Assembly (NCBI GenBank): GCA_964016885.1
Contig: OZ024740.1
Coordinates: 209,870,001 to 209,934,000, forward strand
DNA length: 64,000 nt
Direction: 5' to 3'
Source: Eledone cirrhosa
Taxonomy: Eukaryota
Both the position numbers and the translations under genes were made by a program. The notes below the pieces were generated by a model. The model searched no databases. It had not been told where the DNA came from and worked only from the letters and a program-made list of their open reading frames with translations. Below are positions 1 through 12,626 of this stretch, piece after piece. Each line of letters opens with the position of its first letter. The stretch's first letter is position 1.

Positions 1-1663
1 AGAATGAAAAGCAAAGTTGACCTCAACAGGATTTTAACTCAGAGTGAAGAGTGCCAGACTGAATACATCAAATAATTCTATTATCTGATGTTCTAATGAC
101 TTTGCTGAATTTCCACCTTCATCATCACATCACACATGCATGGTCCTGTAACTCCTGAGAGAGTCATAGGGATGCCATATTGACATACAGCGTTTCTAGG
201 GCATTTTGAAACCTGGCAGAGCCCATCTCCTCCCCAGGTCTGAACACAGCAGATTTCTTCCAGGGAAGGATAGAAAGAGTGAGAGAAAGGAAGAGAGAAT
301 GGAAGCGAGAAAGAGATATAGTGGAAAAATCAACCCCACTACATGACTGGCATTTTTTTTATCGACCTCAAATGGATGAAAGGTAAAGTTCACCTCAGTG
401 GAATTTGAACTCAGAAGCAGAGTGTTGAAATGAATACTGCAAAGCATTCTATCCAACATTCTAACAACTCTGTTAGTTTGCCACATTATCAGCACACATT
501 CACACACAGACACACATACACACACACACACACACACATGCATATTCCTATGATTCTCAGCTGTAAATAAAACATAAAAAAACCTTACACTTAACATAAG
601 GCTGGTATGTATCATGTGTAAAAATAGGTTATATATTTATGTTTTCTTTTGACTGAACTGCAGTCATGCTGGGGCACCACCTTTAATGGTTCTAATTAAT
701 TAATACTAACCCTAGCATTTTGTTTGGTGTTTATTTCATCAACGTTAAAAAAGGGGGGGGGGGAGGTAGGTAGAGTTGTACTGGGTGAGATTTGGACTCA
801 GAATGTAAAGGGGCATAACTAAATACCACCCCCATGCCAACACACACAGACATGCACACATGCACCCACATGCATACACTCTCTTACTCAAACGTAACCT
901 AACAACACTTACACACAAATATATATATGGGGGCAAGTGAGATTTGTTCTGGCTTGTTGAATTCCTATTTTAAATCTCGTCATGATCAACTTAAACTTAA
1001 GGATTGGTCAAATATAGTAGCAGTCAAGAGGGACAGATTAGCAGAATTGTTAGAGCATCAGTGATATTTATATTGACTCTTTGCATTCTGAGTACTTGGA
1101 TGGTAGACTTAATTCCCCTTCCCCGGTTCTTGGGTACCTTCAGCAGAGTTCACCCTACTGCAAGTATTTGGGCCAGGTGTTGGTTTTTTTACTTTTCTTA
1201 GAGATTCTGAAAAATAGAGGGTCATGGATGCTATCCAGCCCTGCCTGATTAAATGGTAAAAACAACAACAGCAACAACACTTATCTAAATCAAAAGAAAT
1301 TTTGATATTAACCCAGCCAAAATTGGTTCTGCTTCTATGAAACAACGCCATCCATTTTAAAGAGTTCTTATTTAAATCAAAGTCTTCCAACATAATTTTA
1401 TATAAGAACCATATATTAAGTTACTACCTTAGTAAGGAAATAATTAATAAGTTTAGCAAACCCCTCAAAATTCATTATTAATTAATTGAAATACTGTCAC
1501 GAAAAGTTCAAAAAGATTCAAATTTTTTTTCTTATTTGATCAGAAGTTAAAAAAAAATCTATCTATTAATTTCATTGAGAAACAGTAGGTATATAAATAA
1601 TAAATCATTTGTTTGTGGCTCAGAAAAATTATCTTATAGTTGTAGTAAACATTCTGTATTTAA

Positions 1664-1861
1664 CCCTTTAGCATTTAAACCGGCCATACCCAGCCAGAAT
1701 TCTCTTGCCTTTTTCTGTTCAAATCAGCCACAACCGGCTACTCATGCTGACGTTAAGGTATTGTTCTCATAGATTCGATATTATGTGAGATAATTATGTG
1801 AGGTAAAGCTTTAACCATGAACATACAATAGTAAATATAGAGTAATGTAAATGTTAAAGGG
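1664..1861. mobile_element. piggyBac-type MITE, family A
   Basis: TTAA|CCCTTTAGCATTTA...TAAATGTTAAAGGG|TTAA: TTAA flanks and ~14-bp TIRs; homologous copies at 48503-48741 and 56656-56850. Confidence 0.75.
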
Positions 1862-2618
1862 TTAAACTGAACAGGTAAAAAGACTTATTCAACAGTACAT
1901 TGTTAAGAATGGTGACGAAACCAGTTGTACTTTGAAATACAGACAGCTATTACTGTAGTGTTTTACCCTCTATGTCCTTGAGACTACTTCAGACAGGTGT
2001 TAGAACAGTAGACATGGGAGGAGAGGGGAAGGAGGAAGAAAAGTGTGAGTTAAGGAAGAGATTGTTGGAGTGTATATGTAAATATGTGAGAGGAAGAGAT
2101 AGTGTGTGTGTGGGGTGGTGAGAGAAAGGGAGAGGGAATGGAGGGGGGGGGTACAGTGTGTGGAGAGAGGTGTAGAGAGAGTGAGAATGGAGTGAAGAAA
2201 TGATGTAGATAGGTGAAATCAGTGTGTGTGTGAGAAGAGAAAGGCATGTGTATGAGAGGTGTAAAGATTGTGTGTAAGAGTGGATGGGTGGAAACTAGAC
2301 ACTTATCCAGGTGAGCTACATGAATGAAAGCTAGATTCAATAACAAAATATATTATAGGAAGAATATAAAAAAAACCTGTAAAATAGATAACTATGAACA
2401 AAGAGAAATGCCAGAGAAGAATATAATATTTCCAGTAAATATGTAAGTAAAGAAAGACAAAACTAGCAAAACTAACAAAGAAGTAAATAAAACCACCAAT
2501 GAGAATCTAGAGAAATAAAACCTCAGGAGTTCTAAGAGAGAGGAATTAAACTTTTGGAACAAATAGCTTACATAATCTAAAGCTATAAATTAATAATTAA
2601 TGGTTAATGAGGCCTTAC

Positions 2619-2859
2619 CTCGATCTTGTTGCTTGCATCTCAGCTTTGATGTGAAATACAGCTTTATATAATTGTGGTCTTTCAGATATAAATTATGGTT
2701 TTGATGGAATGCTAGAGAGATTTGGCACTAAAACACAATGTATCATTTATAGCCCCATCATGCCAAATGTTTTGGCTAGTCACCAACTGCAACTATGAGA
2801 AGAAGTTCAAATATGTTTGCCCACCACTTTCAGTGGAAGGGACCAAAACTAATAAATGC
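2619..2859 (-). other. Candidate host-gene exon: 5'UTR plus possible start codon (MQATRS...)
   Basis: Minus strand: acceptor ttttctcaacag|GC at 2860 and donor GAG|gtaagg at 2618; non-repetitive sequence; ATG at 2638 preceded by an in-frame stop; product not recognisable. Confidence 0.4.
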
Positions 2860-4076
2860 CTGTTGAGAAAATTACAACTTTGAAAATTCATTGCCAAAAG
2901 TAAATATACAATTTATATAAACAAACTAATATTACTTTTAATAATGTATTATTTATGTTTAAAGAAAGAAAATTGTTTTCAGATGTGGAAAATAAAACAG
3001 GCAAAATATAAAGTCAGAAAAAATAATGATTTCAAACAGTCATAAATACCTTTGTGAATGAACAGACAATTATAACTCTAGTTGAATCAACTAGTTTTTA
3101 TTTTATCAACACCAGAATTATGAAACTCAAAGTCCATCTCAACAGGATTTGAACTCAGAACATATTTGGACTCAGAACATAAAGAAATGTAAAAGATTGA
3201 CATATTTGTTAGTGGCATCTCATAAGCTATGATTTCCTATTCCCCTCCATTTGAAACGATAATAAAGTCATGGAACAAAACAAAACAAAAATAAGAGCCA
3301 ATTTGCTAGATCATTTTCTTTCCCTTATAGCAATGCCTAAGCCCACTCAATGCATGGTACTTTCTTTTTATCATCCTTCATAGCCCTAGCATTAAACAGT
3401 TTTTCCCAGCCCTACAATCCAATGAAATTCTTGCCACATCTACATTTGCCCTGCAGACATCAACCTACAGAAGTTCAATTTGAAAATCAACTGCATTGAT
3501 CTCACCAGTCAGGGAAGGCCAGCAAAGGTCATGAGAAAACCACAAGACAAATAAAAACTAATAATATATGGAGGTGGGGGTGATGTTGCATGATTCTGAA
3601 TACTTTGAAAAAAACAACAAAACAAACAAAGAATCAATATACAGAAAAGAGACAAAAGAAAACGAGAGAATCAGGTCAGGCAAAATAAGTAGAAGACAAG
3701 AATTGTATTGACTACATAAGCCATTATTTCAACATGAATTAATGGGAGAACAATTTCTAAAATAAAATGGTAGATTGATTGTAGACACTAAAATAAAGAC
3801 TTATCAAAATTAAAACCATAAAAGTCTGAAGTCACAAACAGTTAATATAACTTATACAAATAATTATTTCTCACATTGGCACAGGCCATTAATTTTGGGG
3901 AAGGTGAAAGTCTATTATGTCGACCCTAGTACTTAACTGGTACTTTATTTGATCAACTCTGGAAGGATGAAAGGCAAAGTTGACCTCGGTGGGATTTGAA
4001 CTCAGAATTTATACAATTAATAATAATTGTTTCTAACATAGATAAGGTCTGCAATTTGGTGTGAGGGGGTTAGTAA

Positions 4077-4325
4077 CCCTTCTGATACCAACTTGCTTGC
4101 AACTGCTCCTGATTTTATGATACAAAGTCATTTGGGCTAAAGTGTTCATATATTTAAACCTTCCATCATAATTTTATGTAAAAAATGTTCTTAAAAATAT
4201 ATTTCAAACACCCAATTAAATGAAAAAAATTATTCTATTAAATCCCTAAAAATATGTGATTATTTTCAAAATAAATTAAAAGATCATAGGCAGTGTATTC
4301 CATTGCAAATATGGTAATGAAGGGG
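4077..4325. mobile_element. piggyBac-type MITE, family B (degenerate)
   Basis: taacccttctgatacc...atatggtaatgaagggg; similar to 41941-42178, 36006-36244, 35423-35667 and 48746-48983. Confidence 0.5.
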
Positions 4326-4842
4326 TCATCAACCTTAGACTAGTTGATTGGTACTTAATTCTATCAGCCCTGGAAGGAGGAAAAGCAAAGATGATCTCAG
4401 TAGGATTTGAGATAACAAGTAATGATACTACTAACTACTAATGTATACAATAACAAGTTTTCAGTTCATAAATCACAAAATCTACACAATTATCACCCAG
4501 CACTATAACACAGAATAACTCACACAAAACATACTCTACATAATTATCACATAACACAACATAACTCACACAAAACATACTTTACTTTAATCATAGGCCT
4601 GCTCAATGTGAGCTGATCTAGAGTTAAACAATAACAAGAACATCATAACTCACATAGCACATAACACATATTCTATACAACAAACAGACAAAACACTAAA
4701 GTAAGACCAAAAACAATAACATATACCCCACACAACAAAGTAATTGAAAAAGACAGGCACACACACACATCGAGAGCATGAAAATACACCTGATGGTCCA
4801 GTTGAAACCCCCATGAAATCAATAAAAACATGATAATAAAAA

Positions 4843-5445
4843 TAATTGTTTCTACTTTTGGCACAAGGCCAGCAATTACCCAGTGTATTACTGGTACTTT
4901 ATTTTATTGACCCCGTAAGGATGAAAGGCAAGTTAACCTCGGCGGGATTTGAACTCAGAATGGAAAGGGCCGTAACTCTTTGCGTCAAAGCATGGCGTCC
5001 GACCCTCTACCGATACTGCCAATCCACTAAAAATAATAATTTCTTATTTCGGCACAAGGCCAGTAATTTGGGGGAGGGGAAAGTCGATTAAATCGACCCC
5101 AGTGCGTAACTGGTACTTTATTTTATCGACTCCATAAGGATGAAAGGCAAAGTTAACCTCGGCGGGATTTGAGCTCAGATCATAAAGAGCCGTAACTCTA
5201 TGCTGCAAAGCATGGCGTCCGACCCTCTACCGATATTGCCAATCCACTAAAAATAATTGTTTCTACTTTTAGCACAAGGCCAGCAATTACCCAGTACATT
5301 ACTGGTACTTTATTTTATCGACCCCGTAAGGATGAAAGGCAAAGTTAACCTCGGCGGGATTTGAACTCAGAATGGCAAGGGCAGTAACTCTATGCGTCAA
5401 AGCATGGCGTCCAACTCTCTACCGATACTGCCAATTCACCGCCCT
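4843..5445 (-). mobile_element. Three head-to-tail copies of tRNA-derived SINE family 1 (Meta-domain-like body)
   Basis: Each copy has A box tggcagtatcggtaga, B box gagttcaaatccc, body gcctttcatccttacggggtcgataaaataaagtaccag and tail cttgtgccaaaagtagaaacaatt; junction word ccactaaaaataat is repeated. Confidence 0.85.
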
Positions 5446-5502
5446 TCCACTAAAAATAATGATTTCTAATATAGGCACAAGGTCAGCAATAATATTGTAG
5501 TC

Positions 5503-5608
<106 letters not shown>

Positions 5609-5909
5609 TTTAATAAATATTTGCTCTACGGTTCTTATATATTTGATATATATTTTCCTTATCGAGCCCTCTTTGGATTTTAGTCTTCAATTTTATTATT
5701 ATTACTATATATATATATATATATATAGGAAGGCATACCATATTTTTAATATGATATCCCAGAAATATATATAATGAAATAAATATGGTTTTATAAATAT
5801 AGTTTCCATTCGTTTAATATCGTAAACCTACTCCAAAACCTGTTGAGTGCTTTTATATCAGTTATAAAATATTTACTCGTTGTAACCCAACAATTTTAAA
5901 TAAAACTTT

Positions 5910-5971
<62 letters not shown>

Positions 5972-6569
5972 TTATTTCTATTTTAATATTTAAATGCAAG
6001 CAATGTTTGCACAACTTTGAAAATGTTTATTATAGCGCGACCGTAACGGTAAGGGAGACAACTCTCAATAAACCATTTGACGTTACGAGGACAATTCTCA
6101 GGAGTTGTTTTTCCAGTTCGCTGCATTGAAAAAACAACAACTTAAGTTTACACACAAAGAGACAGACAAGCACAAACCATATGGATAGACGCACACGAAC
6201 CTAGACAGAAGAATCTTAGTTTATTTAAAGCAGATAATCGATCATTGAGAGTGCACAACCATACTACAGGTAGTCAGTGCAATGACTTTGTACGTTGGAA
6301 TTAGTTCATCCAAGAGAGATATTTAATCACAGAGTGCTCAACCATTTAACAAGTAGTTAATGCCCTGGCATTAGGTCTACTTCAATTAAACAGCCAGATG
6401 AGTCACGAAGTAACTTGTAATAAATATTTCATAATTTCTTTATGTGGTATAGGTGAGGTTAATTTTTCTCATTTGTATTTTCACACAGACAGAAAGTATA
6501 GGCGTGTGTGCGTACACTCACACACACATGGCCCCCTACCCTCCACCTCAAGCCCCACCAATGCCTTCT

Positions 6570-6741
6570 GAGTTAGTGGTGGTGCCATGACAGAAGTACC
6601 TAGTCCACCCTGTAAAAGTGATTCGTGTTTAGGAAGGGTATCCAGCCACCAGGCATAGAAACCAAGCCAAAACAACGGTCAGGCCTTAGCATTTGACAGC
6701 TGCCTAATCCATGTAAGCATGGAAACGACGACGACGACGAT
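6570..6741 (+). mobile_element. Degenerate RTE/SINE 3' tail
   Basis: ttaggaagggtatccagcc...atccatgtaagcatggaaacgacgacg resembles the 3'UTR of the RTE at 9988-11833. Confidence 0.6.
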
Positions 6742-6780
<39 letters not shown>

Positions 6781-7112
6781 TGTGGTGCTGAGACCGAGGA
6801 GACTAATCGTGAGTACTCGATACATGGGGAGATGTAGAGTGGGTATAGATATGTGTAAAATCCCAACCGTGGCACCAAGCGGTTTCGGCTTGTGTGTATA
6901 TACACACACATAATGAAGTGCAAATCAACAGGTTAGAATTTATTTCATTTATTCATAATTGCTGTTATATATATTTTGGTGATAACTGTTTTTCAAAAGT
7001 TATGACTTCATCAGAAGTTGAACAGAAAAACAGAAAAACATGAAGAAGAAATAAAAATTACTCCTGTTTTTTCGATTCATTGATAGTCCCAAGCTGATAC
7101 TTGGTGTTGCCT

Positions 7113-7200
<88 letters not shown>

Positions 7201-7204
<4 letters not shown>

Positions 7205-7314
7205 AAACCGATATTGTTATACTTTATAAATTTATAAATATATATTAAATTAAATTGAAGTGAAAGCAACTGGTGCGTGTGTTTCTTATTGGCAACATGA
7301 CCCTCCCAAAGTAT

Positions 7315-7320
<6 letters not shown>
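7201..7320 (+). mobile_element. Penelope-like element, 3' tail fragment inside (TA)n
   Basis: Matches the reverse complement of 13231-13330; ends ccctcccaaagtataacaat followed by (AT)n. Confidence 0.7.
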
Positions 7321-7359
<39 letters not shown>

Positions 7360-7443
7360 AAAGGTAAACAGAAACAACAACACAATCGGTACAGTATATG
7401 GAAGGAATATATTAGGTTAATGCTTGATATAGCAGAAAGAGGG

Positions 7444-7480
7444 TCTTAACGTTTCGGATGCTAGTCCTTTATCAGAAGAA
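7444..7480 (-). ncRNA. Degenerate minimal hammerhead ribozyme
   Basis: Minus strand: tctt-CTGATAA-a-gga(ctagca)tcc-GAAA-cgt-t-aaga; core G8 replaced by A. Confidence 0.45.
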
Positions 7481-7585
7481 AGAATGAGAAATAAAATAGA
7501 TTGAGGAGACAGGCGGGATGGAATTGTCTGTAGACTTAACACTTTCCTGTAAACAAGTTCTATTATGACTCATATCATGTTACCT

Positions 7586-7655
7586 TATTTTATCTGATGA
7601 GAACACAATTTTTATCCAAGGATAATTTTGTATTCGAAATGCGCATAATAAAATA
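7586..7655 (+). ncRNA. Type I hammerhead ribozyme
   Basis: Stem I tattttat/ataaaata, CTGATGA 7594-7600, stem II gaacacaa..tatcc/ggata..ttgtattc, GAAA 7636-7639, palindromic stem III atgcgcat, AUA cleavage triplet. Confidence 0.75.
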
Positions 7656-7778
7656 TATGGAACTCTTTTAACCATCTTTTAATTTCTTCTTTATTATATA
7701 TACTCCAGTTCTACCAACTGTTGAGCGCTACTTATCTGATATATGCATAGTTTTATTGTTCTACAATATTACTCACCT

Positions 7779-7893
<115 letters not shown>

Positions 7894-7970
7894 AGAAGGT
7901 GAGAAGCCAGAATCAGTTCCCGTCCCACCCTTGCAAGCAGGGAAAAGCGGACGTAAAATGATGATAATGA

Positions 7971-8044
<74 letters not shown>

Positions 8045-8138
8045 TATTATATATATCTACGAAAAAACGGTTCAGTGGTATACGAACACGCCAGACAACA
8101 ACATGACGGTAACATAGACAACATAGAAATTAAAATAA

Positions 8139-8982
8139 CTAGCTGACGTACCCAGCTTCGCCCGGGTAAACAGATGATAAGAGAAGACAGGTAAAAGAGA
8201 AAAGGACTGTATTGGATGTTTGTCTGGTTACAGTATGAGGCGAGTCCGTGGTGTGTGTGATTCAAAAAACAGTAAAAATAAATCTTCCAGATATACCAGA
8301 TTCTTCGTTGTACCGTTTGTGCATAGTATATGAACAATTCTAGGTGTTCCTATCTAGAATAGTAACCTCTAGGAGATGGTTCATCTTCTGCCTGACTGTA
8401 AAACGTGTATCGTTGCATAGACGTGGTGGTTCCACGTTTCTCAAAAGGAATCTTTTATATTATATGTAGATATAGATATAGATAATTAATATAAAAGATG
8501 ATGCTCAGCCAGTTCGTCTTCAACCATCGCAGCACGCCGTCGTTGCTTGGCTCCAGTGTTTCGTTGGCGTTGTTCAGCCAGCTCCTCTTCATTCATGGAG
8601 GCACGTCATCGCCTCTGAAGTTTGGCGCTCCGATGGCGCTGTTCGGCCCGTTTTTCTTCATTGCTGGCTGCACGCCGACGCCGCTGTAGTTCACTGTTTG
8701 ATAAAGTCGAATTGCTTTTATTTTCTGTGGAACGCTGCATGCACACACACACACACATAAACATACACGCACGTACATACACACGCACACATGGTAATAG
8801 TTACAGCGTTCACTTTGAATCTCTGTTTCTTACTCTCCCCTCTCACTCCCTCATTGGCATTATGCATATTAATTTAAGTTTGGCGTCGTTGAGGTGGGCA
8901 GAGTCATTTGAAACCTATGAACCAATGATAATCGAGAATTATGATACACGGAATACTGACATTGTTGAAATTAATATATAGA
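8139..8982 (-). mobile_element. Composite non-autonomous Helitron
   Basis: Minus strand starts TCTATATATTAAT (8982) and ends with hairpin acccgggcgaagctgggt followed by CTAG (8139); inserted between A and T with no TSD; second internal TC-type start near 8470. Confidence 0.85.
8490..8740 (-). pseudogene. Truncated ORF with 23-aa R/E-rich (STPR-like) repeats, probable Helitron Rep/helicase N-terminus
   Basis: MQRSTENKSNSTLSNSELQR RRRAASNEEKRAEQRHRSAKLQR R*RASMNEEELAEQRQRNTGAKQ RRRAAMVEDELAEH; 23-aa period; the stop lies in an Arg run and is consistent with CGA>TGA. Confidence 0.6.
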
Positions 8983-9656
8983 TATCTAAACATAGAAATG
9001 ACCCAGCAGATAGGCAAATCAGAGAGGCAAGTGAAATAGAACTTAGAATGCCAAAGCTAAACAGAAGAAATGAATGGAATAACAACAACACCCAAACAAA
9101 CAATACTGACCTAAGAGAAATATAAATAAATAAATATATATATACACAAGCACAATAACAACAAACACATATAAACACACACTAGTAAACTAAGATAGAA
9201 TACAATAACAAAAAACACAGTCACCCAAACGCGAAAACACACCAAACAGTATACACACACGCAAACACATGCGCAGAGAAGAAGACAAAAACAAACAAAT
9301 AAATAAATAAATAAACAGATAAAATAAAGATGGCGTAGGCATACAATACAACAGGAGGAACATAATAGCACCACTGACGATGTTGCAGATGTGCAACACA
9401 AGAACTTTGTTAGACTATATATATATGTGTTTATATCTATATTATATCTGTATTTTTGACCGTTGGTCAGTCAATGGTAAACATTGAGGACCGAATAAAT
9501 TAACTGATATAAAAGATACAGAAGCGAAAACCAACCAAACAGTGAGTGAGTGTGTTCTGTTATTAATCCTGCTAATATTATTACAACAATATGACCCTCC
9601 CCAAGTATAACAATATTTGGTTTGACACACGATTTCATATCAAAAACCTCGCAATT

Positions 9657-9719
<63 letters not shown>

Positions 9720-9924
9720 TATTATATATATCTATCTATATATCCTATTAAATATATATATATATATTCTATTATATATATCTATCTATCTATATATCCT
9801 ATTAAATATATATATACATATATATATATATTATATGTCTAACCCATGCTAGCGTGGAAGATGGACGTTAAACGAAGATAATGATGATGATGATATATTA
9901 TATCTATATATATCTATATATATC

Positions 9925-9987
<63 letters not shown>

Positions 9988-9991
<4 letters not shown>

Positions 9992-11833
9992 AAGGAGATG
10001 CTCTTGATAGGGTAACTATAGAGGCATTGAATTAATCGACCAGGTCATGAAGGTCACACAAAAAGTAATAGCGCAACTAATCAGAGAACGAATTGATCTA
10101 GATGAAATGATGTTCGGGTTTGTGTCAGGTAAAAGTATCACAGACGCTCTTTTCATTGTACGACAACTACAGGAGAAGTACCTAGCTAAAAGTAAACCCC
10201 TATACTTAGCTTTTGTTGACTTGGAGAAAGCCTTTGACAGAGTCCCCCGCTCCATTATCTGGTGGGCGCTTAGAAAACTAGGTGTTGATGAATGGCTTGT
10301 GAGAGCTATACAAGCCATGTATAAAGAAACAGTCAGCAAGGTTAGAATTAACAACTAATATAGTGAAGAGTTTAGCGTAAAAGTTGGTGTTCATCAGGGC
10401 TCCGTTCTTAGCCCCCTACTATTTATTATTGCCCTTCAGGCTATAACAGAGGAGTTCAAGACCGGCTGCCCATGGGAACTTCTATATGCAGATGATCTAA
10501 CGCTCATAGCTGAATCAATGGCGGAACTAGAGAAGAAATTCCAAACATGGAAGCATGGCCTAGAATCAAAAGGCCTTAAAGTTAACTTGTTTAAGACTAA
10601 AGTTCTAGTTTGTAGGAAGGAAAATAGGGCACCGGTCCCATCTGGGAAATGGCCATGCTCAGTGTGTAGGAAAGGAGTAGGCAGAAACTCCATTTTATGT
10701 CCCAAATGCAAAGTATGGGTGCATAAAAGATGTAGTGGGATCACAGGTAAGCTAACTAAGAATATAGATTTTATATGTGGCCGGTGCTCTGGTGCAATAA
10801 GTAGCAGCAAGTGCCCACAGAATACTAGCTCATTCCATTGCACAGATGGTTCTATAGAAATAGTGGATACCTCCCGTTACCTGGGTGACAAAATCAGCAG
10901 GGGGGGGGGGGGGGCTCTGAAAGTACAGTAGCTAGAGTCAGAACTGGATGGAAAAAGTTCAGAGAGTTTATACCACTATTGGTCGTTAAAGGGTTCTCTC
11001 TAAAAATGAAAGGCAAGCTGTATGATGCCTGCATACGAACAGCAAGGTTACATGGCAGTGAGACCTGGGCATTGTGTGCAGAGGATATACGCAGACTAGA
11101 GAGAAATGAAGCTTGCATGCTCCGCTGGATGTGTAATAGTAATATACGTGAACGGCAAAGCATAAACGAACTAAGGGAGAAATTAGGAATAAGAGGGATC
11201 AGATGTTGTTTACTCGAGAGAAGACTACATTGGTACGGTCACATGATGCGCATGAAAGACGACAGCTGTATAAAAAAGTGCACGGCGATAAAAATAGACG
11301 GTAGCCACGAAGTAGGCAGACCCAGAAAAACCTGGGACGACTTGATAAATTCGGACCTAACACACTTACACCTCTCCAAGACAATGTCACTGTACCGAAA
11401 TCTTTGGCGCTACACAGTCATACAGAAGACCCCCCCCCCCCTTGCCTAAGTACAAAGCGAAACCTACAGTCAGTAGGCACCTCTAACAAAATACACCCCC
11501 GTCCCACCACCCCACCCCATCCACACCCTTAAATGTGAAGTTATGTTGGTACCACAACATCCAGTCCGAAACAAATGAGGTCGTGTAGGTGTCAGGACAA
11601 AAAAACACACAGTCCACGCTGTAATGTGGCCGTGTAGGTAACACGGTAAAAACCTCCCAGTCCACACTGTAAACGTGGTTGGTGTTAGGAAGGGCATCCA
11701 GCCGTAGAAAACCGCCGGACAGTCCTATACGAGCAAGACAACAAATCTTGCCTCAAGTGGGAAAATTACCGTCCAAATCCATGCAAGCGTGGAAGATGTA
11801 CGTTAAACGATGATGATGATGATGATGATGATG
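9988..11833 (+). mobile_element. 5'-truncated RTE-clade LINE, family A (decayed RT ORF, PHD-like Cys insert, 3'UTR, (ATG)n tail)
   Basis: AFVDLEKAFDRVPR, GVHQGSVLSP, LLYADD, CSVC..CPKC..WVHKRC, ERRLHWYGH, GRPRKTW; stop at 10356 and frameshift in poly-G near 10900. Confidence 0.93.
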
Positions 11834-11939
11834 ATATCATATATATATATATCATATTATATATATATATATATATATATATCATATTATATCTATATAT
11901 CTATGTATATCATATTATATCTATATATCTATGTATATC

Positions 11940-11984
<45 letters not shown>

Positions 11985-11987
11985 CAT

Positions 11988-12160
11988 ATTGGCAGTATCG
12001 GTAGAGGATCGGACGCCATGCTGTGCAGCAAAGAGTTACGGCCCTTTAAATCAAATCCCGCCGAGGTTAACTTTGCCTTTCATCCTTACGGGGTCGATAA
12101 AATAAAGTACCAGTAATGTACTAGGTAATTGCTGGCCTTGTGCCAAAAGTAGAAACAATT
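11988..12160 (+). mobile_element. SINE family 1 copy
   Basis: A box, B box, body and tail as in 4843-5445. Confidence 0.85.
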
Positions 12161-12274
12161 ATATATCATATTATATATATCTCTATATCTATCTATATAT
12201 ATCTATCTATATATATCTATATATCTATATCTATATCTATCTATCTATCTATCTATATATACATTTTACACGTT

Positions 12275-12345
12275 TTTATTGTATGTAAATTTCCCCCTTT
12301 GTATTTGTCCCCTTCCTTTGTGCCCATGTGGCTAATAAAGAAATA
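12275..12345 (+). mobile_element. Tx1/L1 3'-tail fragment
   Basis: tgtaaatttccccctttgtatttgtcccc...aataaagaaat resembles the 3' end of the element at 16779-18031. Confidence 0.55.
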
Positions 12346-12626
12346 TATCTATATCTATATACATATATATACATCATCATCATCGTTTAACGTCCATCTT
12401 CCACGCTAGTATGGGTTAGACGTGTGTGTGTATTTAGTTTTGTAAAGTCAGGAGAATGTTTCCTTTTATTTATATTGATCTGCTGGATTATTAAAATCAA
12501 TTCTGTTTGTTTTCCTTCCTATGTCACTCTTTGCCATGTCATTTTGCAGTTGAAGGCTTATAGAACACATATGGACAGAATCAATCATTGGTTCAATACA
12601 TATATATATACATATATATATATATA

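Larger units (their letters stand above)
8055..9615 (+). mobile_element. Penelope-like 3' fragment (GIY-YIG C-terminus plus pseudo-LTR), interrupted by a Helitron
   Basis: Removing 8139-8982 gives [59 protein letters not shown], homologous to the C-terminus at 13640-13800(-); ends ccctccccaagtataacaat. Confidence 0.8.

Noticed and set aside
6965-7020. Further hammerhead-like cores (7008 minus, 9373, 32890 minus, 57385)
   Set aside because: GAAA core or stem I is broken; at best decayed relics
10640-10790. Host PHD-finger gene
   Set aside because: The Cys-rich segment is internal to both RTE ORFs
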